A DNA stretch of 64,000 bases from a virus (IMGVR_UViG_3300044736_000016:1-64000); one strand, 5' to 3'; positions 45,565-55,636 are shown, numbered from the stretch's first letter. A program made the numbers and translations. Notes: a model not told the origin generated them from the sequence alone.

Positions 45565-47460
45565 GTGGCGATCCTCGGTCCTGACGGTCGGGCGTTCCCA
45601 CAGACCACACGCGCAGAGTTCGCGGCTGCTCAGTCCGTACTATCGCGGCTACCTGCCGAACTGCGTCGTGCCGTGAACCTTGACGAGATCGGTGTCAGCG
45701 CTACCCAGATCATCGGGGGACTGATCTACGAGGAACGGGCGCCCGAACTCGCCGGGTCCAAGGGCATGGAGGTGTGGCGGGAGATGGGGCATGACGCCAC
45801 CTTGGCGATGTGCCTCCACGCCACCATCAACCCGCTGCGCAGCGCCGACTGGTTCATGGAGCCCGCGAGCGAAGACCCTGTCCACGTCGAGCAAGCTGAC
45901 CTCGCACACTGGTGCCTGTGGGAGTTCGGCACCATGTCATACGACGACCTGTTGCGCCAGCAGATGCGTGCCATGAAGCAGTACGGGATTGGATGCTCAG
46001 AGCTCTGCTATCGACCGATTCCCTCCGGTGAGTTCGCAGGCAAGTGGGGATGGGAGAAGTTGGCGTGGCGTTCACCGCTGTCCCTCTACCGCTTCAACGT
46101 CGAGTCGGTGCAGACGGAATACGGTGGCACGCGTCGCGAACTCGTCGAGGTGGTGCAGCGTGATCCTGCCAGCGGTGGGCTGTTCTACCTTCCCAAGGAC
46201 AAGGTACTGCTGTTCATCAACGACCTCGAAGGTGAAAACTTCCTCGGCAATTCAAGCTTTCGCCAGTGCTACGAGGCATGGCGGTACAAGCGTGCCATCG
46301 CGCGCCTGGAGGCCATCGCCCTAGAACGCTGCGGGATGGGACGCATGAAGGCCACGCTTCCGCAGGACTACTCCGACGAGGAGCGCAAGATGGCGCGGCA
46401 GATCGTTGAGAACGACCGCATCCACGAGAACGCCGGCATCGTCACCACCGAGGCGGTGCCGGTCGAGGTCATCCACAACTCAATCGAGGGGGCGGCATTC
46501 CGGGCGGCGTGGGAGGCGTACGACGCGGCGCTGTGCTTCCCGTTCCTCACGCAGTACCTGCTGCTCGGGCAGCGGGGCAACAGCGGGGCGTACTCGCTCA
46601 GCCAAGATCACTCGCAGATTCAGCTCACGCAGCTCAACGGTGATGCGAACCAGTTCGAGCAGGTGCTGAATCTCAGTCCGGGCATCCCGCTGCTCATCGC
46701 CATCAACTACGCGAACGCCGACCCGAGCAAGATGCCGAAGTTGCAGCACGGAGACATCGGCCGCAAGGACATGGAGCTGATGGGCAAGACCCTTCTCGCG
46801 CTGTCGCAGGGTGGGTGGGTCATGCCGACAGCGCAGGACGAGGACACGCTGCGCAAGTTCGTCGACCTCCCGGAGCGCGATCCGCTGCTCGGCCCCGAGG
46901 CGTTGGTGCCGCTCATCCAGCAGGTGCTGCCGCCGACGTGGTGGGGCACGCCGCACCAGGCTGGACAGGCGGTCAACCCTGCGGCCAAGGCTCTGGTCGG
47001 CTCTGGGACGCCCGTGTCGAGTGTTCAGCAGGCGACCGATGCGAAGGGGCAGTTTTCCGAGCGTGAGTGGGCCGTCATGGCTGAGCGATCGGTGAGGGCA
47101 CGGATGCCGTGGCGCCGCCCTGCGGTCAAGGGTGGACGCGTCACCGCCGAGGACGCTGTGAGGGTGCGGATGGGGGAGTATCTGTTGGACTACTTCGAGC
47201 AGGCCGACCGACCACGTATGCAGAAGCCCGACTCGCCATCGGTGCGCATTGCCAAGCGGCGCAGGCCGTACCAAGTAGCGCGTATGGCACAGGATGCGGC
47301 CAAAGTGGTGGAGATCAACGCACGAGCCAAGGCGGGCGGCGGGAGTGCGAACGGCAAGCGCAAGGTGGTCGTGAGCCCAGCGGACATCGTAGCGAGGCAG
47401 GGGCGTAGGTCGGTGCAGGACGTGCTTGCGGGCCTCGGCGCGAACGGGAGCGGGAAGTGA
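45565..47460 (+). CDS. Portal protein (Mu gp29/DUF935-like) with a basic C-terminal extension
   Basis: Follows terminase; YGIGCSELCY, NFLGNSSFRQCYEAW, ALERCGMG, GAYSLSQDH, EDTLRKFVDLP. Confidence 0.82.
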   Translation: MAILGPDGRAFPQTTRAEFAAAQSVLSRLPAELRRAVNLDEIGVSATQIIGGLIYEERAPELAGSKGMEVWREMGHDATLAMCLHATINPLRSADWFMEPASEDPVHVEQADLAHWCLWEFGTMSYDDLLRQQMRAMKQYGIGCSELCYRPIPSGEFAGKWGWEKLAWRSPLSLYRFNVESVQTEYGGTRRELVEVVQRDPASGGLFYLPKDKVLLFINDLEGENFLGNSSFRQCYEAWRYKRAIARLEAIALERCGMGRMKATLPQDYSDEERKMARQIVENDRIHENAGIVTTEAVPVEVIHNSIEGAAFRAAWEAYDAALCFPFLTQYLLLGQRGNSGAYSLSQDHSQIQLTQLNGDANQFEQVLNLSPGIPLLIAINYANADPSKMPKLQHGDIGRKDMELMGKTLLALSQGGWVMPTAQDEDTLRKFVDLPERDPLLGPEALVPLIQQVLPPTWWGTPHQAGQAVNPAAKALVGSGTPVSSVQQATDAKGQFSEREWAVMAERSVRARMPWRRPAVKGGRVTAEDAVRVRMGEYLLDYFEQADRPRMQKPDSPSVRIAKRRRPYQVARMAQDAAKVVEINARAKAGGGSANGKRKVVVSPADIVARQGRRSVQDVLAGLGANGSGK

Positions 47461-47759
47461 TGGATGTGTCGATGTCGTGTAGCGGAGTGGGTGCCATGCA
47501 AGTGGCGGATATCCACGCCGAGATGGTCGTTCGCTATGCGAAGGCGCGACGTGCTTACCGCGAGCCGCGAATCTCCGAGGCATGCGCCACGGTGGGCTTG
47601 TCAGAGCGCGAGTACTGCGAGCGGTACGTGGCACAGATGGGTGCTATCTACATGACGTGCAGCACCACCAACCCTGCGGTCGTACGCGACGCCTTCATCG
47701 ATGCTGGGCTGGTGCTCGCGCAGGAGGGACAGTGGGTAGATGAAGTGCGAGGAACGTGA
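47457..47759 (+). CDS. Hypothetical protein, paralog of 41201-41509
   Basis: VVRYAKARRAYREP...EYCERYVAQMG. Confidence 0.7.
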   Translation: MMDVSMSCSGVGAMQVADIHAEMVVRYAKARRAYREPRISEACATVGLSEREYCERYVAQMGAIYMTCSTTNPAVVRDAFIDAGLVLAQEGQWVDEVRGT

Positions 47760-47951
47760 GCGTAATGCGGTGGGCTTGGGTCTGCCGGCTAGTCGGCCAC
47801 GGCTGGCGTGCTGATGCACATGTGCGAGTACCCGGTGACCTCCACGCCGATGCGAGTGGGTTACGCATAGCGAGTTACCGATGCGTACGTTGCTGGAAGC
47901 GCTGGCCTGTCCCGTACTATGGCGATTACCGACCGCCGAGCCGGTATGCAC

Positions 47952-48182
47952 ATGGCTGAGTATCCCGCGTTTCGCAGGTTCATGTTGCGTCGGCATGAGG
48001 ATGTCACTGGGCTGAGCGGTACCGGGGACGTCGCATGGGGATGTGTTTTCCCGGACGGCAAGGCTGTGGTGCGCTGGCGGTCTGAGCACGGCTCTACGGT
48101 CGTGTGGGATCGCGAAGAGAGTATCGAGGCTATCCACGGTCATGTCGGGAAGACCGAGACCGTATGGCTGGATGAGGAGTAG
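47952..48182 (+). CDS. Conserved actinophage-type hypothetical protein
   Basis: RHEDVTGLSGTGDVAWG..FPDG..VVRW...IHGH.GKT. Confidence 0.75.
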   Translation: MAEYPAFRRFMLRRHEDVTGLSGTGDVAWGCVFPDGKAVVRWRSEHGSTVVWDREESIEAIHGHVGKTETVWLDEE

Positions 48183-48235
48183 GGGATGCGCAAGCACAGT
48201 CCGTTCAACTGCACGCGGATCGGGGCGCACGCCGA

Positions 48236-48682
48236 GTGTACCAAGCAAGCGAAGACGCAGAAGGCGACAAGGATCACACGCTTGCGAATCGAGAGCGCAT
48301 CCCGTCGTCGGAACCGAAGGCGGCGCTAGTGTCCGGCGACCATCTTGCAGACCGTCTTGTTGCGCTGATCGGCTCGTGGCCGTTCCTGCTCGCACAGGCT
48401 GTGGTGCTCATCCTATGGGTAGCTGTCAACGCGAGCGGGTATGCCCACAGTTGGGACAATCCGCCGTTCGTGCTGCTGAACCTGTGTCTCAGTGTGGAGG
48501 CCGCCTTCGCTGCTCCGCTCATCCTCGTCGCTGAGAGACGGTCTACGCAGGCGTTGCAACTCAAGCTGGACGAGATCATCAGGGCCATCCCGAGCGCGCG
48601 GGATGAGATCATCGCTGCGGAGAAGTTACCAGCCAAGGAGATCGACCGGTTGCGTGAGGAGGCTTGCGACGTCGATGGCTGA
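48236..48682 (+). CDS. DUF1003 membrane protein
   Basis: ADRLVALIGSWPF...WDNPPFVLLNLCLSVEAAFAAPLIL. Confidence 0.82.
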   Translation: MYQASEDAEGDKDHTLANRERIPSSEPKAALVSGDHLADRLVALIGSWPFLLAQAVVLILWVAVNASGYAHSWDNPPFVLLNLCLSVEAAFAAPLILVAERRSTQALQLKLDEIIRAIPSARDEIIAAEKLPAKEIDRLREEACDVDG

Positions 48683-48868
48683 CGTGATCTGTCCACGCTG
48701 CGGTTGGCCTACGGCAGAAGAATGGATGTGGCACGATGTCTGTATCGCTTGCGCTAGCGATACTGGAGTAATCGGACCGGATCTCCGTGAGCACGGCAAC
48801 GTTGAGATCGCCAAGGCGCTCAAGGTTGGTGACTTGGACCGCGTAGCCCGAATCCGTCGATCGCAGGC

Positions 48869-50113
48869 ATGCTGATGGACCGTCTCGAACTCGCACACCC
48901 CAGCGACACCCGGCAGGCCGCGCTCGACGCTCTGCCCGTCCATGGCTCGCTGCGCAAGACGGCGGCGGCGCTGGCTGGGCCTGACGGCAAGGGTCCGAGT
49001 AAAAGCAGCGTGCACCGATGGAAGCAACGTGCATCGGCAACCACAGACACTCCTGCACCGCCTGACACGTCCGACCTACCCGAACCTGACACCACGCAGA
49101 GTGCCGCGGACGATCCCGTCGTGCAGGCTGAGGCCGAGTACATCGACCCGGCTGGCGCCGCACCGGAGCCCGGCCCAACCTTCGCTGACCGTCTGACCGA
49201 CCCGACCTTCCTCCGCGCCTTACACCGTTACCTCGATCTCTGCGCCACAGGTACACGCCCGGACATCGCATGGGAAGGCGCGAAGGTGATCGACCCGTTC
49301 TTCTCGCTCTCCGACAGCGAGGATGCGGACCTACGGGCAGCAGTAGAGCGGTTCACAGGAGCGGAGACAGAGCGTGCCATCTTCGCGCTGTCCGAGCCGC
49401 TGTTCGTCAGCCAGACCGCCAGCGCGTTTCACTTCGACCCTGCGTCCACCAACGACCTCCTTGACGCACTGACCGCGGTGCGCACGGACGGGTATATGGC
49501 AGGCATCAACGCTGGCCTCACCGCGCATGGTCGTGATCCGCTCACGGATGTCACGGATGCTCGAACGCTGAGGTCGATCCAACTTGACGCGGCGGACGTC
49601 GTAAACAGCGTCACGAAGCAGTGGAACTCCGATGCCAGCGCCGCTGCGTGGAAGCAGTGGTCGGCGATCAAGGATGACCCGTCGCTCACCACCGAAGCAG
49701 ACCGGAAGGCAGCGCTAGAGGCTGGCATGTCGGACTGGCGAGACGGGCGGTCGCAGTGGAAGGCTGACCAGTGGACGGGAGACAACGCGGCGGCAGGGTT
49801 GTTCGACGGGGCGAAGGACTTTCAAGACCAGAACCAGACAGGTACGGTCGGGTGGATCGAGCCACGCGAAGGTGTCTGCTCTGCATGCCAAGACGCGATC
49901 GACCTTGGCGACGAACAGAGCCCTGTGGATGCCGACACACTCTACGCACTCGACTGGCCACTCCATCAGTCGTGCGAGCACGGACCCGTCACGGTGCAGA
50001 TCGATGTCCCACCTGATCAGGCGCTGTGGGGCGAAAACCTCGGCCCGACCGATGGCGGTGGAGACGCAGCACCAGCCGACGCATCGTCCAGTGGCGACGA
50101 GGCGGCGGCATGA
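48869..50113 (+). CDS. Minor head/morphogenesis protein (MuF-like) with an N-terminal HTH
   Basis: After portal; C-terminal VCSAC...PLHQSC (MuF CxxC/PxHxxC); N-terminal HGSLRKTAAAL..PSKSSVHRW. Confidence 0.62.
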   Translation: MLMDRLELAHPSDTRQAALDALPVHGSLRKTAAALAGPDGKGPSKSSVHRWKQRASATTDTPAPPDTSDLPEPDTTQSAADDPVVQAEAEYIDPAGAAPEPGPTFADRLTDPTFLRALHRYLDLCATGTRPDIAWEGAKVIDPFFSLSDSEDADLRAAVERFTGAETERAIFALSEPLFVSQTASAFHFDPASTNDLLDALTAVRTDGYMAGINAGLTAHGRDPLTDVTDARTLRSIQLDAADVVNSVTKQWNSDASAAAWKQWSAIKDDPSLTTEADRKAALEAGMSDWRDGRSQWKADQWTGDNAAAGLFDGAKDFQDQNQTGTVGWIEPREGVCSACQDAIDLGDEQSPVDADTLYALDWPLHQSCEHGPVTVQIDVPPDQALWGENLGPTDGGGDAAPADASSSGDEAAA

Positions 50114-50120
50114 GCGCGAC

Positions 50121-51209
50121 GTGAGGGTTCGCTACTACCCCGCCTCCCGCTATGACGGCTGCGCCATGTACCGTCTCGTCTTCCCTGCGACCGTCCTTGC
50201 AGCGCAGGGGCTGGACGTGGCCGAGGGGCGGCGCGAGGACATACAGGCCGTGTGGCGCCGCACTCAGGATGGGCCGCGGGTGGCGTGGGCCGAACCGCTC
50301 GACTGCGACGTGGCTGTCTTCCAGCGGGTGTGCAGGCGTGACATCGTGGACTGCATCCCGTCTTGGCAGCGGCAGGGCACGGCGGTGGTGATGGACGTGG
50401 ACGATCTGCTCTCGGCGGTCGACCCCGGCAACCCGGCGTTTGCGGCCTACCACCCGTCCAACCCAGCAGAGAACTGGCACCACCTTGAGCGGGCGTGCAG
50501 GATGGCGGACATGGTCACGGTGAGCACGCCAGCTTTGGCTGAGCGGTACGGGAGGCATGGGCGGGTCAGGGTGCTGCGAAACTGCGTGCCAGAGTGGTAT
50601 CTTCGTGTGGCGGGGGCATGTCCGATGGACGGAGGGTCGCAACCTCAAGTCGTCGCGACCGCTGCTCCCGTACTTGGCTGGGCTGGACGGGTCGATGTCC
50701 ACGCTGCCGACCTTGCCGTGGTTGGGACGGCCGTCGCTCAGGCACTACGGCAGACCAGCGCAACCTTCCGCGCTGTGGGGGATGAGGCCACCCTGACGGC
50801 GCTCGGGGTGCAGGGCGAGGTGGTGCCCTTCATGCCGTTCGAGGAGTACCCTGCGGAGGTGGCACGGTTGGACGTCGGGATCGCACCGCTGGCGTATACG
50901 GCGTTCAACCGCGGGAAGTCTGCCCTCAAGCCGCTCGAGATGGCCGCGCTGGGGGTGTCGTTCGTCGCCTCACCGCTGCCCGAGTACGCACGCCTGGCCG
51001 AGCTCGGTGCTGGCGACCTAGCATCCAGACCACGGCAGTGGCTCGCTGCTCTGCGCCGCCTGTTGACTGACGATGAGTACCGCGCTGAGCGTGTCGGTAG
51101 GGGGCGTGAGGTGGCCGCAGGGCTGACGTATGATGCGCACGCGGGTGGTTGGGCGGCAGTGTGGGGCGAGGCGCTGAGGGTGCGTCGGGGGGCGGCGTTG
51201 TGCCGGTGA
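50121..51209 (+). CDS. Glycosyltransferase (GT-B fold)
   Basis: GCAMYRL, VFQR, VMDVDDLL, TVSTPALA, GWAG, DVGIAPL..TAFNRGKSALKPLE. Confidence 0.88.
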   Translation: MRVRYYPASRYDGCAMYRLVFPATVLAAQGLDVAEGRREDIQAVWRRTQDGPRVAWAEPLDCDVAVFQRVCRRDIVDCIPSWQRQGTAVVMDVDDLLSAVDPGNPAFAAYHPSNPAENWHHLERACRMADMVTVSTPALAERYGRHGRVRVLRNCVPEWYLRVAGACPMDGGSQPQVVATAAPVLGWAGRVDVHAADLAVVGTAVAQALRQTSATFRAVGDEATLTALGVQGEVVPFMPFEEYPAEVARLDVGIAPLAYTAFNRGKSALKPLEMAALGVSFVASPLPEYARLAELGAGDLASRPRQWLAALRRLLTDDEYRAERVGRGREVAAGLTYDAHAGGWAAVWGEALRVRRGAALCR

Positions 51210-51925
51210 CAAGGCTTGCGCACTACTATCACGCCTATCTCGCTCAAGGCTGGCGCTCCATCGTCACTGAGCATCTCGACGCCCTCACCCGCAGCGGCCT
51301 CGCCGAGCGCCTCGGCATCCTCCATCTCGGTCTCGTTGGAACCCCATCAGCGCGAGCAGCGTGTGCCCGGCTCTGTCAGGAGCGGATGCCCGTTGAGGTG
51401 ACTGCCGAAGAAGACGAGGGATGGGAGCAGACGACCCTCACCGCCCTGCACCGTGCCGCAACGCAGTGGGACGCCGTCCTCTACGCCCACACCAAGGGCG
51501 TGTCCAACCCGAGGGACGAGTGGGCTGCGACGTGGCGGCGGTCGATGACGTTGGCACTCGTTGCTGGCTGGCAGGAGTGCGTGCGTTGCCTCTACACATG
51601 TGAGGCGGTGGGGTGTCACTGGCTGACACCGGGCTGGTACGACATCGTCCTCCCTCGCTACCGAGGACGCATCGAGGTTCACGCCCCATTCTTTGGTGGC
51701 AACTTCTGGTGGGCACAGGCGTCGCTCATCCAGCGTCTCAACCCTCCCCTGAGCAACACTCGCCATGATGCTGAGATGTGGATTGGATCTGCCCTGCCCA
51801 TGCCGGTCCACGACTGCACGCCCGGGTGGCCGAACTGGTCGACGTGGCGCCTCCCTGGTGGAGTTGGTAACGAACCGGTGAGGGTTCACCTCGGCAGCGA
51901 ACCTAGCCCCGTCCCGCCGCCATGA
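51206..51925 (+). CDS. Glycosyltransferase-like protein (YxHTKG family)
   Basis: WEQTTL, VLYAHTKG, FGGNFWWA, RHDAEMWIG. Confidence 0.65.
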   Translation: MTRLAHYYHAYLAQGWRSIVTEHLDALTRSGLAERLGILHLGLVGTPSARAACARLCQERMPVEVTAEEDEGWEQTTLTALHRAATQWDAVLYAHTKGVSNPRDEWAATWRRSMTLALVAGWQECVRCLYTCEAVGCHWLTPGWYDIVLPRYRGRIEVHAPFFGGNFWWAQASLIQRLNPPLSNTRHDAEMWIGSALPMPVHDCTPGWPNWSTWRLPGGVGNEPVRVHLGSEPSPVPPP

Positions 51926-52611
51926 TCGTCTGCGCGACCACCCTTACGCATTTCGCCATGGGTCACCCAGATATCTGGGGAGCGTGGCTGTACAACGCCG
52001 AGGCGATGCAGGCCAGTCACCCTGACGTGCGGTTCTTCTGCGCCATCGAAACGGACGCTCGCGGGCTGGCGCCGTTCGCCCCGCTGATGTCGCGCCTAGA
52101 TGATGTCGGTGGGGAGTGGTGGACGTACCACCTTGACGACGGACGCAGCAAGGTGACCACGGAGAACCGCGGTCGCCATCTGGTATGCGGCCAGAACCTC
52201 GCCACCGACTACGCAACGTCCATCGGAGCGACGCACGTCGTGTTCCTCGCTGCAGACTGTGAGCCGCCACCTGACACCATCCCCAAGCTGCTGGAGGTGA
52301 ACTGGCCCATCGTCGGTGGTCACGTGCCGGGGTACTGCCTCGACGGCCCCGACGTGGTCGGCTATGACTTCCCGGTGAAGCGCCACATGGCGACCGCGGC
52401 GTTTGTCATGCTGCAACGGTCTATCTTCCGCTCGATCCGCTGGCGCTGGGATATCGACCTTGGCCTCACGGATGACCCATGCCTCTACTGGGATGCCAAA
52501 CGACTGTACGGAGTGGACACCTACGTCCGTCATGATGTCGTGGGGCGACACTACCCCGAGGCGCTATGTGGCATCGAGGAGCGCGGGTACGACCTGAGCG
52601 TGGCGCAGTGA
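51922..52611 (+). CDS. Glycosyltransferase-like protein (GT-A-like)
   Basis: GQNLA...THVVFLAADC...PKLLE, TDDP; located in the sugar cassette. Confidence 0.55.
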   Translation: MIVCATTLTHFAMGHPDIWGAWLYNAEAMQASHPDVRFFCAIETDARGLAPFAPLMSRLDDVGGEWWTYHLDDGRSKVTTENRGRHLVCGQNLATDYATSIGATHVVFLAADCEPPPDTIPKLLEVNWPIVGGHVPGYCLDGPDVVGYDFPVKRHMATAAFVMLQRSIFRSIRWRWDIDLGLTDDPCLYWDAKRLYGVDTYVRHDVVGRHYPEALCGIEERGYDLSVAQ

Positions 52612-52725
52612 GACGCATCGACGCGCTGTTTCGAGCGTGGTTCTGGACACTGACCGTCATCACCGCTGCTGGCGTCGCGCTGGTGGTCTGTGCACTGCTC
52701 CAGTAATACTGTTCACTGCTGCGTT

Positions 52726-53238
52726 GTGAGACTCAACGTTGGGTGCGGGGAGTGGCGAGCCGAGGGCTGGCTGAACATCGACGTGGTGCAGAACGAGCAT
52801 GTAGCCTCCGACCTCGTGGCGTCGGTCACCGATCTGCCGACGCACGTCACGTGTCTCACCGCGGTGTATTGCGGCCATGTCCTCGAACACATCCCGCATG
52901 ACGCCGTCGTCCCTGCCCTGCGTGTGCTGAGGGAGCGGATGGTGCCGGGGGCGCCCATCATGTGCGTCGGGCCGGACGTACACCGCGCTGAGGCCATGTT
53001 CCGCGCTGGAGAGATCGATGAGCCGACGTGCCGATCCTGCCATGCGGAGACCCGACCGCCGCGGTGGGCTGGCGACGCCCATCACTGGGACTGCCACGAA
53101 GCCGAACTCGTCACGCTGCTCACGGAGGCGGGGTTTGTCGATGTGCATGCCGTGGACGTGGGCAGTCGCTACCTGCTGACCGAGTGGCCGCTGGTATCCG
53201 GCGTCGGCTGGCAGTGTGCCGTGGAGGGGCGACGGTGA
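52726..53238 (+). CDS. Class I SAM-dependent methyltransferase
   Basis: RLNVGCG..GWLNID...GHVLEHIP...LLTEAGF. Confidence 0.85.
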   Translation: MRLNVGCGEWRAEGWLNIDVVQNEHVASDLVASVTDLPTHVTCLTAVYCGHVLEHIPHDAVVPALRVLRERMVPGAPIMCVGPDVHRAEAMFRAGEIDEPTCRSCHAETRPPRWAGDAHHWDCHEAELVTLLTEAGFVDVHAVDVGSRYLLTEWPLVSGVGWQCAVEGRR

Positions 53239-53412
53239 GACGTCGCGCGGCTGACCGCAACTCAGACTACCACCCCTACCAGCTCTGGTGCTGTCGGTGA
53301 GCAACGGCTTCCTGCCCATCGGAGGAGACATGCCGCCGCGGCTGTTCTGGGCGGTCCTTGCCGTCATCGCCGTCGGCGTGGGGACCATGATCGTCTTGGC
53401 GATGCTTCACCT

Positions 53413-54294
53413 GTGAGGGCGCTGGTCACCGGGTCGGAGGGGTTCGTGGGTTCTCACTTCGTCATGCGCCTCCGAGCAGACGGGTGGGAGGTTTACGAGA
53501 TCGACGTCGCCTCCCGGACTAGGCCGATCGACGTTCGCGTCCTCAACCAGTGGCAGGAGGGCGGCACGCATTTCGAACTCGCGATCCACTGCGCCGCCGT
53601 GGTCGGTGGTCGCGCGACGATCGACGGCAGCCCGCTGGACGTGGCTGTCAACTTCGAACTCGACGCTGCATTCGCGCGCTGGTGCCTGCGGGTCCGTCCC
53701 GAACACGTCGTGTACTTCTCCAGCAGCGCCGCGTATCCGGTCTGGATGCAGGGCGACATCCGCCACGGACCTCTGCGGGAGGACGACATCAGCCTCGACC
53801 ACCTACAGCAGCCCGATGCCATCTACGGCCTAGCGAAGCTGGTCGGCGAGACGCTGATGCGCCACCTCGAGCGAGCGGGAGTGCGGACGCATGTGTTCCG
53901 GCCGTTCAGCGGCTGGGGCGCAGACCAGAGCATCGCGTATCCGATGCCAAGCCTCCTCGACCGCGCTCGACGCCGCGAGGATCCGTTCGTGGTCTGGGGG
54001 GACGGGCAGCAGGTGCGCGACTGGGTGCATGTGGATGACGTAGTCGGGGCAGTGATGGCTGCGGTCGACCAGGACGTCCGAGGCCCGCTCAACATCGGGT
54101 CAGGCGTACCGGTCAGCTTCGACGAACTCGCCGCCATGGTCTGCGCCGCCGCCGGCTACAGCCCGACCATCCAGCACCTCACCGATGCCCCCACAGGCGT
54201 CCGCTACCGGGTGTGTGATCCGACGCGGATGCTGGAGGTCTACCAGCCGAGGACAACGCTGGAGGAGGGCATCAGGCGGGCGCTGGCGGGGTAG
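53413..54294 (+). CDS. NAD-dependent sugar epimerase/dehydratase (extended SDR)
   Basis: ALVTGSEGFVG, FSSSAAY, YGLAK, VRDWVHVDD. Confidence 0.92.
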   Translation: MRALVTGSEGFVGSHFVMRLRADGWEVYEIDVASRTRPIDVRVLNQWQEGGTHFELAIHCAAVVGGRATIDGSPLDVAVNFELDAAFARWCLRVRPEHVVYFSSSAAYPVWMQGDIRHGPLREDDISLDHLQQPDAIYGLAKLVGETLMRHLERAGVRTHVFRPFSGWGADQSIAYPMPSLLDRARRREDPFVVWGDGQQVRDWVHVDDVVGAVMAAVDQDVRGPLNIGSGVPVSFDELAAMVCAAAGYSPTIQHLTDAPTGVRYRVCDPTRMLEVYQPRTTLEEGIRRALAG

Positions 54295-54303
54295 AATCGG
54301 GCT

Positions 54304-54696
54304 GTGAGGCTACTCATCGCCGGTTCGCGGTATTGGGACGACCCCGTGCCCATCCGGCAGGCGTTGGAGCGTGCGCGGCCCACGGTCCTCATCCACGGGG
54401 CTGCGAGGGGAGCCGACAGCATCGCAGCACGGCTGGCGTACGCTATGGGCATCGAGGTGCTGGCCTTCCCCGCGGACTGGGACCGCCACGGCCGTGGCGC
54501 AGGGCCACTTCGCAACCAGCGCATGCTCGATGATGGACGACCAGAGTGGGCGATCCTGTTCGCTGACTACATCGCCACCTCATACGGTACGCGGGACATG
54601 CTCAGGCGGGCAGAGCGGTGCCCGGACGTGAAGCGGATCCACACATGCTCGCATGTCATCGGCTGGCGAACGGTGCGGGAGGCGGTAGCGGCGTGA
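54304..54696 (+). CDS. SLOG-family protein (DUF2493/YspA-like)
   Basis: IAGSRYW, IHGAARGAD, FPADWDRHGRGAGPLRNQRM, GTRDM; leaderless TAGAAT-6nt-GTG. Confidence 0.85.
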   Translation: MRLLIAGSRYWDDPVPIRQALERARPTVLIHGAARGADSIAARLAYAMGIEVLAFPADWDRHGRGAGPLRNQRMLDDGRPEWAILFADYIATSYGTRDMLRRAERCPDVKRIHTCSHVIGWRTVREAVAA

Positions 54697-55037
54697 ATCA
54701 GTACGCGCGTCTGGTCGGGTTGAGTGTTGGCGGCCATCAATGGGAGGTAACGTACGGCGCCAACACTGTGATGCTAGTGGTCGATGGTGTGACCGAGGCA
54801 GCCATGCTGGATCCCGAATCGCTGGACCGTGACGCTGGCTTGACCGCTCTGCGTGTCGAAAACGCCGAACTTCGTGCTGCGCTGGACACGCTCGTTCCTA
54901 ATCGCTGCGAGTGGGATAGCTACCCTTCAGGGCAGGCCCGAGTCTGCGCCCTCTCGTCCACAAAGGAGGTCACTTGCTGGGATGGCGAGGCCGAGTACCG
55001 ACTGTGCGACGGACATGCGGAGGTCGCCGGCAAGTAA
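54693..55037 (+). CDS. Hypothetical protein
   Basis: GGAGG RBS, GTGA overlap. Confidence 0.55.
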   Translation: MNQYARLVGLSVGGHQWEVTYGANTVMLVVDGVTEAAMLDPESLDRDAGLTALRVENAELRAALDTLVPNRCEWDSYPSGQARVCALSSTKEVTCWDGEAEYRLCDGHAEVAGK

Positions 55038-55323
55038 AGGCAGACGCTTGGTCACAGCACCCGAACGGTATCGAACTCATACCGCGACCTGAGCCATCGG
55101 CAGCCGACATGGACGGCGACTACCTCATGACGTGGCGCAACGAGCACATGCATGCTCGGATCTATGAGGCGAGAGTGGCTGGCCGTGTGGGGCAGGTAGT
55201 CATCCGCGATGTTGAGATCACGACCGCGCAATATCCAAACGACGTCTATCTCGAACGCACAAACAGGCTGGTCGCGTCGCTAGCCGCCGCAGCGCGAGTC
55301 GCCAGTCTGGATACTGGCAGCGG

Positions 55324-55551
55324 CTAGCGTTGCTGCTCCTCTCTGATGGCACGCATGACCCTGTCGACCAAGTCCGGTGGCGGCGGTGGTGCCGCGATGC
55401 CGGCAAGGAGGCGATCCACCTCTGCTAGCGTGTCCGCGAACTCTACGCAGGCGGCGCAGGTAGCGAGGTGAGCGCGGACGGCAGTGTGATCAGCCCAGCC
55501 CTCCGCTAGGGCCTGTTGGCACTCGTCGTGGGACAGGGTTCCGACCGTCAT
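55324..55551 (-). CDS. Zinc-binding anti-sigma-factor (ZAS/zf-HC2) domain protein
   Basis: HLATCAAC HxxxCxxC motif and PPPDLVDRVM. Confidence 0.72.
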   Translation of the reverse strand: MTVGTLSHDECQQALAEGWADHTAVRAHLATCAACVEFADTLAEVDRLLAGIAAPPPPPDLVDRVMRAIREEQQR

Positions 55552-55636
55552 GGCTAGTTACTCCGGGGGCGTGGGTCCGTCACCCATATAGACGCATCGG
55601 CGAGGCGAAATGACGGGATGTGCGGCTCAGAGGTGA

